Assembly: GCA_002633005.1 (NCBI GenBank)
Contig: NMRA01000244.1
Span: 382,547 to 446,546, forward strand
Direction of reading: 5' to 3'
Length of the DNA stretch: 64,000 nucleotides
From: Phoronis australis
Taxonomy: Eukaryota; Animalia; Phoronida
Part shown: positions 26,401 to 41,400 of the stretch, one piece after another
Numbering within the stretch: position 1 is the first letter of the stretch
Layout: the number at the start of each line of letters is the position of its first letter
Made by a program: the position numbers and the translations under genes
Notes under the pieces: generated by a model
Database searches by the model: none
What the model saw: the letters and a program-made list of their open reading frames with translations, nothing else
Told to the model about the DNA's origin: nothing

Positions 26401-29400
26401 TAGCAAAATTAGCAAGTTTTATTTCCAGCAAGTACGTCGTCTGCTAATCATGGTTGGCTGTAGTGTGGTCGGGTGCCAAAAGTATTCACAATATCAACAG
26501 TTCTCTTGTTGGAAGACTTTGAAAAGTGTTTCAATGTCAAAATTTGTTTTTGCTGTACTGGACAGTAATTTCTTGTCACAATACACTAACCGGAAACTGA
26601 AATTGGTAACTTAGGAGAGTGGCACCTCCTCTAGGATTCTAGGCAAGAAAATGTCAGAGTTGCGAATCTGTTGTCTATAATCTATGCTTCCAGAAAGAAA
26701 AGCAGTTCCCTCTCACTGTGCCAAGGCTTCGTTGATGTTTTATGCAGACAAACCCAGGGCATATACTCGGGGGAAAATATCAGTTTAGTGACCAGAAGTA
26801 AAATCTGAATAAACACAGGGGTGTATATCTGGACTTGATGAATATGTACAAGGGTGTAGCAATACTGTAACCGACATGCAAATTGAAGCCAAGACAAGCA
26901 AAGCACAACATAGTCGGTGTACAAGTAGGAGTTGCGTGTTGAAAATTTAGTCTCGGTTTCCATCCCTTTTGAAACTGGGGAAAGTTTTCGGATTCAACCG
27001 CGCATTTACTTTCCCAGATACACACCCGGGGTGTATCTAGAAAAATTACCTTATGAATACAATCATATGCTCATTGAGCCTACCCAAAGATGGCGCTGAT
27101 ACCATCACCACCACAACCTGGAACTGAGTTAAAACCATCAATACTGTCTACCATCTACCACTCGTCACAATAGTCACAGTCAATTACTATAATCACATAA
27201 GTATACCCAGGCAAGAGCATCAGATACTGTCATTAACAGCCACAACACAATGATTGTAGCTCCAACAGAACATGACCTGACCCCAGATGACCTGACCCCA
27301 GATAACCACAGGATCATCCCTCGGCTCTTTACAGTTGACTCCCCCAATGAGCAGGAGACTAGTGAACGTGTCCTGACTGATTCAAAATGTCATGAGCCTT
27401 GAAGTGCCTCTTAGTAACAGAGAAACATGCTCATTGTATCTCAGGTATATTGTTAGGCATACTGACTCATACCTGTAGCTTCATACCATCCAGTACAATG
27501 CTGATACTTTTAGACAAAATTCAGCAAATAGACAAGGTTATTGAGCTATCTGGCAGAGTTTTCACCAGCCATACCTGGGAGGGACTGTTGGTTGGATACT
27601 GTTGGTGTCAATAAGCTGGTCAACAGAGTCAATCAACTTGACATCATGTTGGCGCAGTCCTTTGAATGTCCAGACGACCACATCATTAAGAGCACACACC
27701 AGGGGGTCGGGGTCTACGTGGGACGTAACCATCACTTCACATACCTGACAGAAATGTATATGACAGATGAGACTCAAGAACAAAATGTCAAAACGCCACC
27801 CCAAGCAAAACCACACCAGGATCATCGAACTTAGTCCAAACACTAACTAAGCAGTTAGACTGACTTGCTCCAGAGCTCATGGTTGAAGGTTACAAATTCA
27901 AATGAGTTATTTTAATAAGACTTTTATTTATTCACAAAATTGGTTAACCACACCACAGATGTTAAATAAATACTTACAGAAGGCTGAGAAGTCACCACAA
28001 CAGCTCCGAAGATCTTGGATAAACTTTGGCTGAAGGATAAATAAGGGAGAGCATGACTACAGCCAGGAGGTCACACAACAAATAATGATGAAGTAAACAA
28101 ATTTTACGAAATAAGGGTTTAATGAGGTCACAGTGTGAAAGGATCAGGTCCCGGTGTGAAAGGATATACGTATTATAATCATGTCCAAACTGAAAGTAGT
28201 ACTTTAATTCCTTTTTCTGAGAGGCACGAGAACACATCACGTGAGTGAACTAGCTTTGAAATGGTTATAATACACAAGAGAAGATTCTCTGTACAGCACA
28301 CCACCAATCTTGTCATTTTTGGTTTGTCATTGCAACTACTTGACAGTGTGCTATTACTAAAGAACATTTACTCGCATTACAAAATTATTTTGATGTAAAA
28401 CATCGCTAGCACAGCAGCAGTGAAGAACTTTAGAGTGAACGTCCTACTTGTGCAAAGCACTGTGGGTAAATAGTACAGAATCATGAAAGGCATTGTGGTA
28501 TTTGCTGTACCTGATATAGTAATAGACACCGCATGCTGTGAACTGGTGAACAAAGGCCGAAGGAGAGTCTCTTGGAGCACCGCTGCAGAACCCTGACTCA
28601 ATGAACTGGCCTTGGTGGGACACCTGGCCAAAGGGAAACCAAATTCGTTAAACCAAGCACAAGAACAATCATGAGGAGATACAATAACATAACCTTAGCA
28701 ATTAAACTAAACTGACTTAGATGTTATGTTGCTGGTTACTCTGTCCCTATATCCAGCTAAGCCTGCCGTCAAAGATCACTCTGATACCCATACAACCTCC
28801 TTGTCAACCACAGTTAAACATCTGTCTGCACAACACTGTGTTGCCCTGCTCATACCTCTGTTGCCCCACCCACCTGACCCCGTCAATCAGAGGTCACTGT
28901 TCCCTTGCACAAGGTGGAGCCGTAAATTACACACTTGCCACATCCACTCCACAAGTTGCCACACTCAGAGGTCAATACCACACTGCACTTAAGCTGTGCT
29001 GTTAATCAACCAGTTGCCCCGCCCATTTGACAGTCAATCAGAGATCACAACCCAGCTGCACCATGTTGCCCCACCCACTTGACACAGTCAGTCAGAGGTC
29101 ACTACCCACCTGCACTATATTATGCTGTTTATCACCCTGCTGCCACACCCACCACACTCTGTCAGACGGGTGAACTGTCAAAATCTTGGGTTCAAACCCA
29201 CTGTCGGTCACATGAATGGTGTAGTTCTGAAATCATAATACGGACAAATTACAATTGCAGTGTCTCATAAGAAGCAGATATTAAATGCAAAAACTGTAGC
29301 AATGCTTTTGTTATTTTCAATATTCTGTCAATGGCCCAGTCCAAAATTGAATACATTTAGGTAACAGTACTGACATCAAAGAAATGCTTAACAATGGCTC

Positions 29401-32400
29401 ATGTATAGCAAACACAAGAAGTAAGACTACTTCAGTCAACTAGAAAGACCACCTCACCCTTGAACCTGGCTGCACAATGATAGTGGATGTACTCATGGTG
29501 CTCGGGCTGTCGGTCACTCCGAAGTGATACACTCCAATCCCATTCAGCTGGACAGTGCCTATTCCCAACAAGCTACTATTCTGTTGAGCCTCAGAGTCCA
29601 AGTACCTGCACATGTCTGTAAATATAACACAGGTGAGTGACAGAGTCCAGGATCCTGCACGTGTCTGTTAATATAATACAGGTGAGTGACAGAGTCCAGG
29701 TACCTGCACGTGTCTGTAAATATAACACAGGTGAGTGACAGAGTCCAGGTACCTGCACGTGTCTGTAATATAATACAGGTGAGTGACAGAGTCCAGGTAC
29801 CTGCACATGTCTGTAAATATAACACAGGTGAGTGACAGAGTCCAGGATCCTGCACGTGTCTGTAAATATAATACAGGTGAGTGACAGAGTCCAGGTACCT
29901 GCACGTGTCTGTAAATATAATACAGATGAGTGAGAGCTTACTACGTGCACAGGTCTGTAAATATAATACAGGTGGGTGCTGGCAACATGACACACAGTCA
30001 GTTGGATTAGCATCAGCAATCATAGCAAACAGTGGCCTTAGACCAGCCACACAGTCACTTAAGCCTGATATATCTCTCTACCTTGGAATAATAGAGACAC
30101 AATTCATGACTATTCTAAACCACCCTTCAAGTGAGTGCTTTTCCAACTATATTCACAAGTATCACTGTAATATTTGCTCCTGACAACATTTTCATTTCCC
30201 AGACAAAAGTTCAAACACAGCATGTATTGACACTCATGGAGCCTCTTTTTCAACTGCCCAACACGTTTAGTCCAAGTGACAATCATCACAAGAGTCTGGT
30301 CTGTACACAGCCTTGTTACACTTTCCAACATCAAAGAAAATTCCACCTTACATTTACCCAATATAGCCTTATACACTTTGAGTGCCACACAGGTCTCATA
30401 ATGTCCATTCCAACAGTTTTATTAGCTAGACAACATATATCTAGTAGCCTCTTTTCAGACTCGTCTAGTCACACGACATTCATTACAAGCTGGTCTATAC
30501 ACAACCACGCTACAATATGCTTTATAGTTACATCCAATCAGCAGTAGAGATTGACATGCACAATGCTATGAAACTCTGTCACTAATGACATGTCATAGTT
30601 CTAAACTGACATATTACGACAAAAATAAGCAGTTTAATATTTTTAGTAAAACTGGTTGCCTAAATGGTTTTTCAATGTGAGAATACCTTGAGACATTAAT
30701 ACTATACAGATCTAAATATAGTCACCTTTACAGTCCAAGTCTTTCTTGGTATTGGCTGCTGGACTAAGACAGCGTTCACTCTCCACGATGGAGAAGTTAT
30801 GAATCATCTCACTCATATCCCATGTCCACCAGATACGGTCACCAGAGTCAGCGAATGTCAAGTCTGACAATGGAAGAACAAATGCAAGTTAGAACTGACT
30901 AAATGCACAGTGTAAAGTGGTGTACAAATTACTCAGGGTACACTGAAATGTTATCAATTTAATGTGCATAACTTTAACAGCAAACTTCAATAAATGACAA
31001 GCACAAGTCTTGAGACCCTGATTTTCCATTTTCATAAAGTTAACAAAGAAGCACATTTTAGCAAAGTCAACATAAAATTTCATTTTCTTTCTGTTATGAA
31101 AATTAGGAGATTGCGTATTACTGGGGCAACAATAAAGTTAAACAAAAATGACTTTTACCACAAAATTATGACAGTTCCACTTTATGGGTAAATTACTACA
31201 CATGATGTTTGTTTTCAAAACCAGAAAAGGAACAGCATCATAAACCTATCCACAATGCTGTCGATGAACTATTTACCAGGAGTGAACCCATCAGAGGATA
31301 GCTCAATATATCTCTCCTTCTGCCGTGGTCGTACAATGACAGTACCTACGTACTCAGCCGCCTCCTGTACGTTCTGATCAGAGTAGAAGAAGACACCAGG
31401 TTTGTCGAAAGTGTGACACAACAGGCCACCTTTGCTGAAATGATATTTAAACAAGGCAATTGTTAGTTAATTCAATGACCAGCCAATGGGACCATCGAAA
31501 CTGAGCATCAATTGAACGATTCCATGTCAAAACAAACCTCCGATATTCACACACAAACAAGCATAAATTCTTGATCAAGTCATTTATTCACTACCTCAGA
31601 AGAAATCAGCATTCTATTGTCACCTTCTCAAAAATACAATGCAAAAATCCGTGGTCCCAAATTCCTAGGAATTACACATAAGGTATTTGGAAACAAAAAT
31701 GGACAAGTAAATTGTTAAACGAGTGACACAATTGAAGACACACCAGCTTACTGAAAGATGAGCAATAAATTATTGACATGGCAATTTCCGGTATCAAGAA
31801 CCCGCAAATTTATGTATCTCACATGGTATCCAGCCACCTGATGTTAAAGCATTTTGGGCTCTTGTTAAACATTTCAATTGGAAAAACATAAAAAAGTTTT
31901 GCACAAAATCGCTCTTGTTATTAAGTCCATTCCACTCCATCATTTATAAACACACGCACAATTATTTGTCCCAACACTTACTAATCTAATAACACGTTTG
32001 TTAGAAGACCATACAAAAGGTTGACAAAGAATTTTACCGCAGGATTAGGATGTCCTTAATGTATTATTTTCCCCTCATCCTATTTAAGGGCTTGGTTGTA
32101 AAAAAATCCTGCTAGGCTTACCTATGCTGAAACCTTGCTTTTTACAATATATGCAAAAACAGAGCAGTTGAATTTTTACCTATTTTACTCACAGCCTGTC
32201 AGCAATGACCAACTAATATTATCCGTTTATCTGGCATGCCAACAGCGGTTTAGAAATGAGGTTCCTTAAGACTTATGGCAAAATATTAGAATGTTGCATT
32301 TTGAGCAATTGTAACTCAAACCAATGACGACCAATTAAAATTGAGCAGACTTGATGAGGTATATGACTGCACTAACCTGGGAGACGGCCATCTGAAACCA

Positions 32401-35400
32401 TCAAATGTGGCCTGCAAGAAAAAGAATTATTTTTCTTAGGTTATGTGTGGCGGAACCATTTAAGTCAAATTCATTTTCAAATTACTGCTTTGTTCATGGA
32501 ACAAATACAGATGATCTAAATCACTCAAATGTCGAAATACCTTGGGTCACAAATCATAGTAAAAAGTCCTCATTTTGGGGCACATCGAGATAGACAACAA
32601 AATTGACCGTTCAGGAAATTTCACTTTGTTTTAAGCATGGTCAGCACAGTATAGCTGTGACCTCTTGAAGACATTCATTATACATGGTCAGCACTGTACA
32701 GCTGTGACCTCTTGAAGACATTCACTATACATGGTAAGCACTGTACAACTGTGGCTTCTTGAAGACATTCATTATACATGGTCAGCACTGTACAGCTGTG
32801 ACCTCTTTAAGACATTCATTATACATGGTCAACACTGTACAGCTGTGACCTCTTGACGACATTCATTATACATTGACTAATTTCTCTAATTGGTGATTGC
32901 TCAGGAGGGCAGTACTGGGAATATGAAAGAACTCAATTCCTGACTAGCGTTATTGGCATTGCACAAAACAAACAGTTTACCATCCCTTAAATAATTCATT
33001 CCCCACGAGGAAATATAACCTTAACCTTCTCCAGTTGCACAGCACGTTCCCACATCCCACCTTAACTAACAACAAATGGTCACCTTGAACTATTGTCACA
33101 TGCAAGAATAGAGTACGTGAGGTCACATCAAAAAGCTACATAGTGCTACATATTGATTCCAGCAGTTGCTGCTCTAAACCGGCGCCAACGGCTATCAACA
33201 GTGCCAGCGAACATTACCTTATAACTTTGTTGATTTGATGAAATTAGTATTTAACAATGTCACCTGATATATAAAAGCCTTGATGTCTCAGACACCAACA
33301 GAAAAGCTCTAACTTAAATGAGAAAAAGGAAGATTTCCCTCCTCGAAGAAATCTCTAAGTAAGGGGTCAAATGAGAGCCAAACGCGAGCGTCGTAATATA
33401 GGAGGGTTTCGGGGAAAGCTCACCGGAAATTTCTTTGCAATACGATGCTGAGATGCATTTCAAGCCTTTCTGAGAGATTTCTAGTCATAGTTTATAAACA
33501 ATTGTTATAAACAACTCAAGGCTGGAGCTTATGTCAAGTGGACGGGACATCAAAAGGATTTTGTAAATTCTCTCTAAAGTGGAAGATCTTCTGTTGACTG
33601 TAAAACAGTTGGAGCTTCTGGCAACAGCTCACACTACTCGTGTCGATCTAATTCATTCAGTTGAATCACATTAGTGCGAAATCTTGCATTATAAAAATGT
33701 GGGTAAGAAGCACGCAATGGCAAAGTTAACATGTTAAAAAATATGGACTTGCAGGAAACAATCATTTGAATCTTAGAGAGAAAATTGTCGCTAATCTTTA
33801 ATCAAATCATAACTATCACCGAGTTCGAGCAATCGCCATTATCATGCTTTCAGAGGTACTGAGTCTGGAGCTTCCATTATGGAAACAGACTTTTATGAGC
33901 CAAGTGAACTCAGACTTTTATCACTTGTGAAACTTAGATTTCTTGATCGATTTTTTACCGAGTGACATCACAATTTACAGGAAAATATTACCATAACAAT
34001 ACACAAGATTTTGCAATCTGCAGAGTTAACATTAAATAGAGTGAAAAGGTACCAGTATGTCTATGCACAAATCTATGAGCTTACCTTATATGGCTCGTCA
34101 GGAGGGTGGTCTATCTCTGGTGCATCTATCTGGTATATACCATGCGGTTTCCTGCACTGAAATATGAACACAATGTTATGATCAAGCACAGGTGCATCTA
34201 TCTGGTATGCACCATTTTGTTAACTGTATTGTAATATGAACCTAATGCTATGATCAACCACATGTGCATCTATCTGGTATGCACCATTTTGTTAACTGTA
34301 TTGTAATATGAACCTAATGTTATGATCAACCACATGTGCATCTATTTGGTATGCACCATTTTGTTAACTGTATTGTAATATGAACCTAATGTTATGATCA
34401 ACCACACGTGCATCTATCTGATATACACCAAGTTGTTTACTGTATCACAATGTGAACACAATGTTATGATCAACCACATGTGCATCTATCTGGTATACAC
34501 CAAGTTGTTTACTGTATTGTAATATGAACCTAATATTATGATTAACCACATGTGTGTCTATCTGGTATACACCAAGTTGTTTACTGTATTGTAATATGAA
34601 CCTAATGTTATGATCAACCACATGTGTGTCTATCTGGTATACACCATGTTAACTGTATTGTAATATGAACCTAATGTTATGATCAACCACATGTGCATCT
34701 ATCTGGTATGCACCATTTTGTTTACTGTATTGTAATATGAATCTAATGTTATGATCAACCACACGTGCATCTATCTGATATACACCAAGTTGTTTACTGT
34801 ATTGTAATATGAACCTAATGTTATGATCAACCACATGTGTGTCTATCTGGTATACACCAAGTTGTTTACTGTATTGTAATATGAGCCTAATGTTATGATT
34901 AACCACATGTGTGTCTATCTGGTATACACCAAGTTGTTTACTGTATTGTAATATGAACCTAATGTTATGATTAACCACATGTGCATCTATCTCGTATACA
35001 CCAAGTTGTTTACTGTATTTGTAATATGAACATATCATCAGTTTCTGGTTGTTACTTGAAGGGACTGCAGTGGTAGACAACACCAACTTACCTTCAATCT
35101 GTCCCAGTACCACCACACTCGGTCTCCCGCCTCCACCAAGAGGATCATGGGATTGAACGAGCGGTCCAACACTTCCACTCGATGCTCCCTGTAAACAAAC
35201 ATTCATCCAGGCACGTGAAGTCCTCTGTGAAACCAGTGTTTTGGTTCATGTTAGTGTTTGTTGGTTAATATGGTGAGCGGGCATTCTTGATTACACTAGA
35301 CTACACCATACATAATATGGAGTTGACTGATTACTTCACTGGTAAAACTGACTACTGCTGACTTCAATCAATTCAGTTTGAAGTTATGATCTTGGCTTGA

Positions 35401-38400
35401 CTTACATAGTTTAACCTACTTAGCTCTGTATCAGACTTTAAGGCAAAATAAGCATCACCAATTAAAAGGTAAAAACAGAAACACATCAGTACCAAATCGA
35501 TGTGAAAACCGAATAACACTGATCGTTAAACCAAAATACAGCTATTTAAGGTTTTAGAAAAAAGTCAACTGTAAAAATTGTAAAACTAGAATTTAAAAAT
35601 TATTGACACAATTTGGTTTCATGCCATTACAGTTATATTAAGCCCTGTTCAGCTGTCTAAAAACAGTGAATTTGGTCTTTTACCCTCATAAAGCAGTATC
35701 ATAATATTCCTTTCTGTCATAGGATTCTAATACCAGCAAGAACATCAAAACCATCAGCGAATCTAGAAAACGCTAGTTTATATGGACTGACCAACCTAAA
35801 AATTGCAAATTTGAAAATGGCACCTGGCCAGCCCTAAAATTTCAAAACTGAAAATGGTGCAACCACCACTGACTCAAGGAAACGCTCCACTTTTTGGGGG
35901 CCTGTCAAACCTAAAATAGTAAATGTGAAAATGGTGCCGGGCCAACTCTAAAAACAGCAAACTTAGAATGAGTGCATGTATGCATTATCCGCGACATGAG
36001 TTGGTGACAGACATGGAATCCTATCACGGTAGGGTATAATGACCTTGTAACAGACATGGAATCCTATCACGGTAGGGTATAATGACCTTGTAACAGACAT
36101 GGAATCCTATCACAGTAGAGTATAATAAGAGTAAAAGGCCCAATTCCATTTTTGTCTTTTAGCAAGCTACATTGGGTGTAATGCAGCAACTTAAGTATTA
36201 AACCATAGCGCCACTGGTGTGTGTTTGTGGAACTAGTACACAGGAACACATTAAGTACTAACTTCTGTACAGTCTTGACATGAACAATACATAGATAGGA
36301 CTCTCCAATGGTATAACCTTCAGTCTGGAAGTAATACAATCCAGGGTAGCGCAGTTCTTGACTGTAGGAGCCATATTGAGTGGCGACGAGACCCGATCTA
36401 CAAATGGACAGTATACGATTAAAACTTTGTATAATCATGGCAATTTATGCAGCTGATAAAAATCAAAACAGTAAAAGACTGATACTTCAGAGTAACTGAC
36501 ATAGGAACACATTCCTTTCAAGTTTAAACAAGCTATTGCAACTGCCATAAAACCAGGAGACAATACTGGAGGGTAGACATTTTGCAATTTACGAAACGCG
36601 CCAAAAATGACAACTGCACAGACAACATACTACAGGGCTTAGAATTACCAATGACGAAAAAGAGGAAAAATTTCCAGGTGACGTATAGTTCCAGAAATAA
36701 ATACGCTTGCATGATAGAAATATTTTTTGTGTTGTAAATCTTAGCTGAAATAAAATTTTTGCATAAATAAAGTCAAAATAATGATAAAAAAGAGACAAAA
36801 AAGGGAGCTGAAAAACAAATAAGAAGAAAGTGAAACTAAAAAAGAGGAAAATTAATCCTCTTAAAAGAGAAAAATTCCAAGCCCTGAGAGTACAATGCTT
36901 ACACTGCTTTTTCATCTTTAACAAAGCCGCTGTGCTTAGAACAGTACTTCACTTCCCAGACTGAGTGCGGAATTTCACACTTCCAGTTGAACTTGACCAC
37001 TGACCCTTCATCCACACTGACCCTGCAGGGGTCAAAGCCAATGTCTGTGACCTCAATGACAGTCTCAGCACGTGGTTTCACAGTCACGGTAAGTGGAGTG
37101 CAGCGTAGACCAGCACTAGATGGCAGGACAGTAGAATCACAGATCATTGCTAGTCACTATAGAACAAGATAATTATTAGGCATTGTGTTTATTGATTCCA
37201 GACTCTTTGTACAGCAGCCACGTCAGACTAACGTATCAAAAAAGCACTTAATATAAATAAAATTACGGCAAAGTTTCTTCAAAATTAGAACACAATATGG
37301 CTAAACAGTAAAATTTCACTTTATCAGATTTTTCAACAAAAGTAAACAAAAAGGTAATTTTGCTTGATAATTTGAAAACATTATATGTTACGGCTGTCCT
37401 CCACAAACACAATTAAATTTTGACTATTTTTGGCCATACAGAGAGCATTTGAAATTTAAAATGTTAAATTTTTAGGCCATTGCTTTTGTTCAAATCTGAA
37501 GAAGCTTCACCGCATAGTCTATTATCAAAGATATGTCTGTACATGGCTTAAATTAATTTATTTGACCCACTTATACAGCTGTTGTAAGTTTCTAAAGAAT
37601 TCCCAACTTTATACACGACTCATATGTTTAGGTACATGTCAATGCCGACTACCTGACAAACTTGTACTCTCCTTCGAGTGTGAAGAGCTGAGAGAGCGCC
37701 CCCTTGAGGCAGGCTGGTCCACTGTTGTAGCCTCCCAATACAGGGCGGAATGACTCGCCATCATGAACAACCTAGAACAGTATGACATTAAGTACCAGCT
37801 ACAGTTACATGTTAATTATTCTCAGACACAAGCGCAATTTCTCTTTTCAAAAGTTTAAAGCACCAACATAACCCATGTTCTAAAATAAAGAACATCAACT
37901 TCAGCACATGGAATAACTAATAACGAAAAAAGAGGAAAAATTTCCAGGTGATGTATCGTTCCAAAAATAAATAAGCTTGTGTGATAGAAATATTTTTGTG
38001 TTGTATAATTTGAGTGAAATCAACTTTTTTGCATTAAGTCAAAATAATAATAAAATAAGGTGACGAAAAAACAAGAAACTTTCGGCAAATCAAAAGTAAA
38101 GAGGAAAATTCCAAACCCTGGACATGCAGCCCAAGTCGCAGTATCGAGTTGCTTTCTTTTGCTAGAATTGATTGGTTACACTAGTGGAATACTGGCGGGC
38201 CACAATCATGGCCGTACTGGCGTTGGCAACTACACTAATCCAACAAAAAGACAAGCCGGGCTTAACTGGCATGATCTAAACACAGCATTAAACCTGTCCC
38301 TCTTTTTTGATTTAGGCAGCTTACGGTAATGAAATTGGTTCCAAAACTTTCCTTAGTCAAAACGAGTGATTTACTGGGCTTTGACCAAACTAGCAGTTAT

Positions 38401-41400
38401 GAAATTGGTCCCTGAAAACTGGCAGTTTGTTTTCCTTCACTGCAGAATAATTCAGCCTCAGTGCAACAGGAAGATGTACTCCTGTTCGCAATCAAAAAAG
38501 AGGGACAGGTTTAATACAGCCTTAAGATCATGCTTGTTAAGCTGTTTGTCTTTTGTTGGGCCCTGTTAGTTGCTGAGTAAGGAACAATTGTGATCAATTT
38601 TATGACATTACGTGGCCTAAATGGAAATTCTTTTGACAGAAAGTTGCACACTCAGGGTAAATGACATCCACTTTAAGCAATAACTTGAGTGGACACGAGA
38701 CTTCATCTCAAGCTTGTATAAACCATTTCTTGGTACCGGTCGGGTATAGCGGTCACTGATTTAGAGAACAAGGCAATCACTGAATAACAGGCCCGTTATT
38801 TTGTGGATCGATGAAACTGCGATTCTCTAAATCAGGGATCGCTATGTCCGACCATTGCCCATTTCTTGAAACTTCAATGACAGGGCCACAAAACCATAGA
38901 CGACAGGCCTACTATAACCTATGCTAAAACGCACTCAGTTCGGCGCTGCCGTGCCAGGCCACTGGCATTGTCAACCTAGCATTGTCACGTCGATTTCTTA
39001 ATGATTGGGCAGTGTGACTGCGCTACCTGACTGAAAGTGAAAGTTTCACTAGTGAAATACAGATCAACCTCCGCTATCAGTACAACGCAAGTTTGTCAGC
39101 TCGATGGACAATTCGATAATACACTACTGAAACCAAAAGAACGCAACTAACTATCAGAATATTTTCAAACAACCCGCCAGCCACTCAGCAAACATCATTG
39201 ACTTGATTTACTAAATCTTTGACGTGATGAGGATGGTTACAAGCGACATCTGGTGGTAATTGCTTAATCTAAAGATCGCGTATGCTTAAACCTTTGAATA
39301 CTTATTTGGGCAATCAGGTAAAAAATTTTGTTCAGTGTACAGAATTTTTGTAATTATTGGCCTCATGGTCACCCCTTTTCTCCTTTAACGTAACTAGTGT
39401 CAAAGAATATGGAGGAATGAGTGAGTGATGAATCGAGATCGCCAATAGTTGAAAAATGGCCCCCTTTGGCCCTACTCTAGTGACTGGCTTCGGCCAACCC
39501 CGCGATGGCTTAGGCGTCCCAGTGACCTTCATTACCGGCGGCCTCACGGGCAAGCCCGCGATCGGACTGGTTACCAGTGTTTGAATTTAGCCAGTCAACC
39601 CTTTAGTTTTCTGAACTTTACATTTTCAGTTAAATTTGCGGCCAAAAACATATCATTTCTCGTTACCCGACGATGTGCGTTTCAGCTTACCTGTGTTACG
39701 TTGAATCCATTACCGGTTAATTCATGCCACGAAAAACTGACAACCTAAAAGGTAAACGAGGACACATATTACTGCCTAGTACGTTCTGTTAAATCCAATT
39801 CTTGATCTACACTTATGTATTTCAAGCACCTTCTTAATCATTCTACTTTTCACCATTTCGATATTTTCATTGGTAAAATTCTTCAGTCAATGCACACCCT
39901 TTTTCGGAAAGGAGCGATTTTTTACTCCTGAGCCTATGTAATCCCCACCACTGCCAAAGATACTGCCACTGCACCGCCAAAGCGATGTACGTGTCACGAC
40001 AATGATCAAAAGCCTTGTCTTATCTACGTCATGAACACTGGGAGACGACCAACCCAGCCTAGAGGCGGATATATTTCTTCATTCGTATGCTTTTCGCAAG
40101 AAAAGATAACACTAGACAACAGTAAGAAGTCTTGGCATGTTATAACTGGAACTCATAGGTACATCATTTTAGTGTTATATAAAGCTTACCTGTCAAAATT
40201 AACCACTAGATGTATATGCGGTGTTGAAAATTTGAAAAGATGCATTGCGTACGATCTTGAATTTGTTGCATGTTTTATTTTGTCCACTAAACGCAACCGT
40301 CGAACTCAATATTGTAGGTAGCGCGTGCATCTTGCACTGAGCGTTGCAGTGAAGGAAGGACCAGTTAACGTAATATATAATCTAATAAATAAATAATAAA
40401 CTCCGTTTTTAATAGGAGTTTTCCACATGTTTTTTCGTTTCGCTCACACGAGATTCGCTCTGGCCGAGGTGATCGATACATATTGCGTATTGCAACGTGA
40501 TTTATCATTGTTATAGTAGTCTGAACGTAACAAAAGAACCTTTTGTATCCTCAGGCGCAAATATTATGAAAATTCTGACGTGTTTATAGAATTTTGTATC
40601 ACTAAGCCGAACACGGAGATGTGTTGGGATTTTTTAAACCAATTGCAGCATTGCGGAACAAATTCTCAATACACTCTCAAGGCGTCATTGTACCATATTA
40701 AGACATGTGTGCAGAAAAACACAACTCGGCTATTAGGCCAAGAGGCTGGTATATTAAAAACTATCTAGAGCTACGTTCCAGTCGTAAGAAACATTGATCT
40801 GAAGCTATCCCCACCCCCTCGACCACCTTACCTGCCCCTCGTTGATGGTAAGGTGTTGGACTGAGAATCCCATCTTTGTTATTTTCACTTCTTGTGGACC
40901 GTCTGCCAACGAACAGGACATCAAAGTAGAATGTAACCAGTGACAAGAATAAAAACACAAACAAAAAACAAGAAAATAAGTGCATCACTTTTTGATTGAT
41001 AAAAGACAAATCATTGGGCCGTTATTTGATACTAGCGTTTCGCAAGCGAAAGTTTAAGATTGTCTGAAATGGGATCGCGTAACTTATCGTCAGTATTAAT
41101 TTTAAAAGAAGATTGCAGTTACACTGACCACATTCTTACTTTAAAAAGAAAGGAATTCCTTTAAATTGCTACCTGACAAGAATCTGCTGATAAATAAAAC
41201 GAGTATCAATGCTAGTTTGAATAATGTTTCGAATAAAAACTATCATATTAGATGAAGTAAAATATTTGAGCATTTTTATCTGATGGGCAGTCGGTAATCT
41301 GCCGCTAACGATCAGATAAATTCAATGAAGACATGAACTTAACTAAAGTAATAGTAATCAACAACAAGATATTGGTTGGCTCGTACATCCTGCAAAATAT

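Noticed and set aside
29559-30050. Overlapping repetitive ORFs; regular repeats that might suggest a CRISPR array
   Set aside because: Contiguous 49-bp units without unique spacers, in a eukaryotic intron, with no cas genes.
34649-35206. 185-aa ORF with 24-aa repeats
   Set aside because: A different-frame reading of exon 35092-35188 running into the 72-bp repeat.
23847-40902. Multicopper oxidase / ceruloplasmin / laccase assignment
   Set aside because: No HxH or HCH motifs, no type-1 Cys, no signal peptide.
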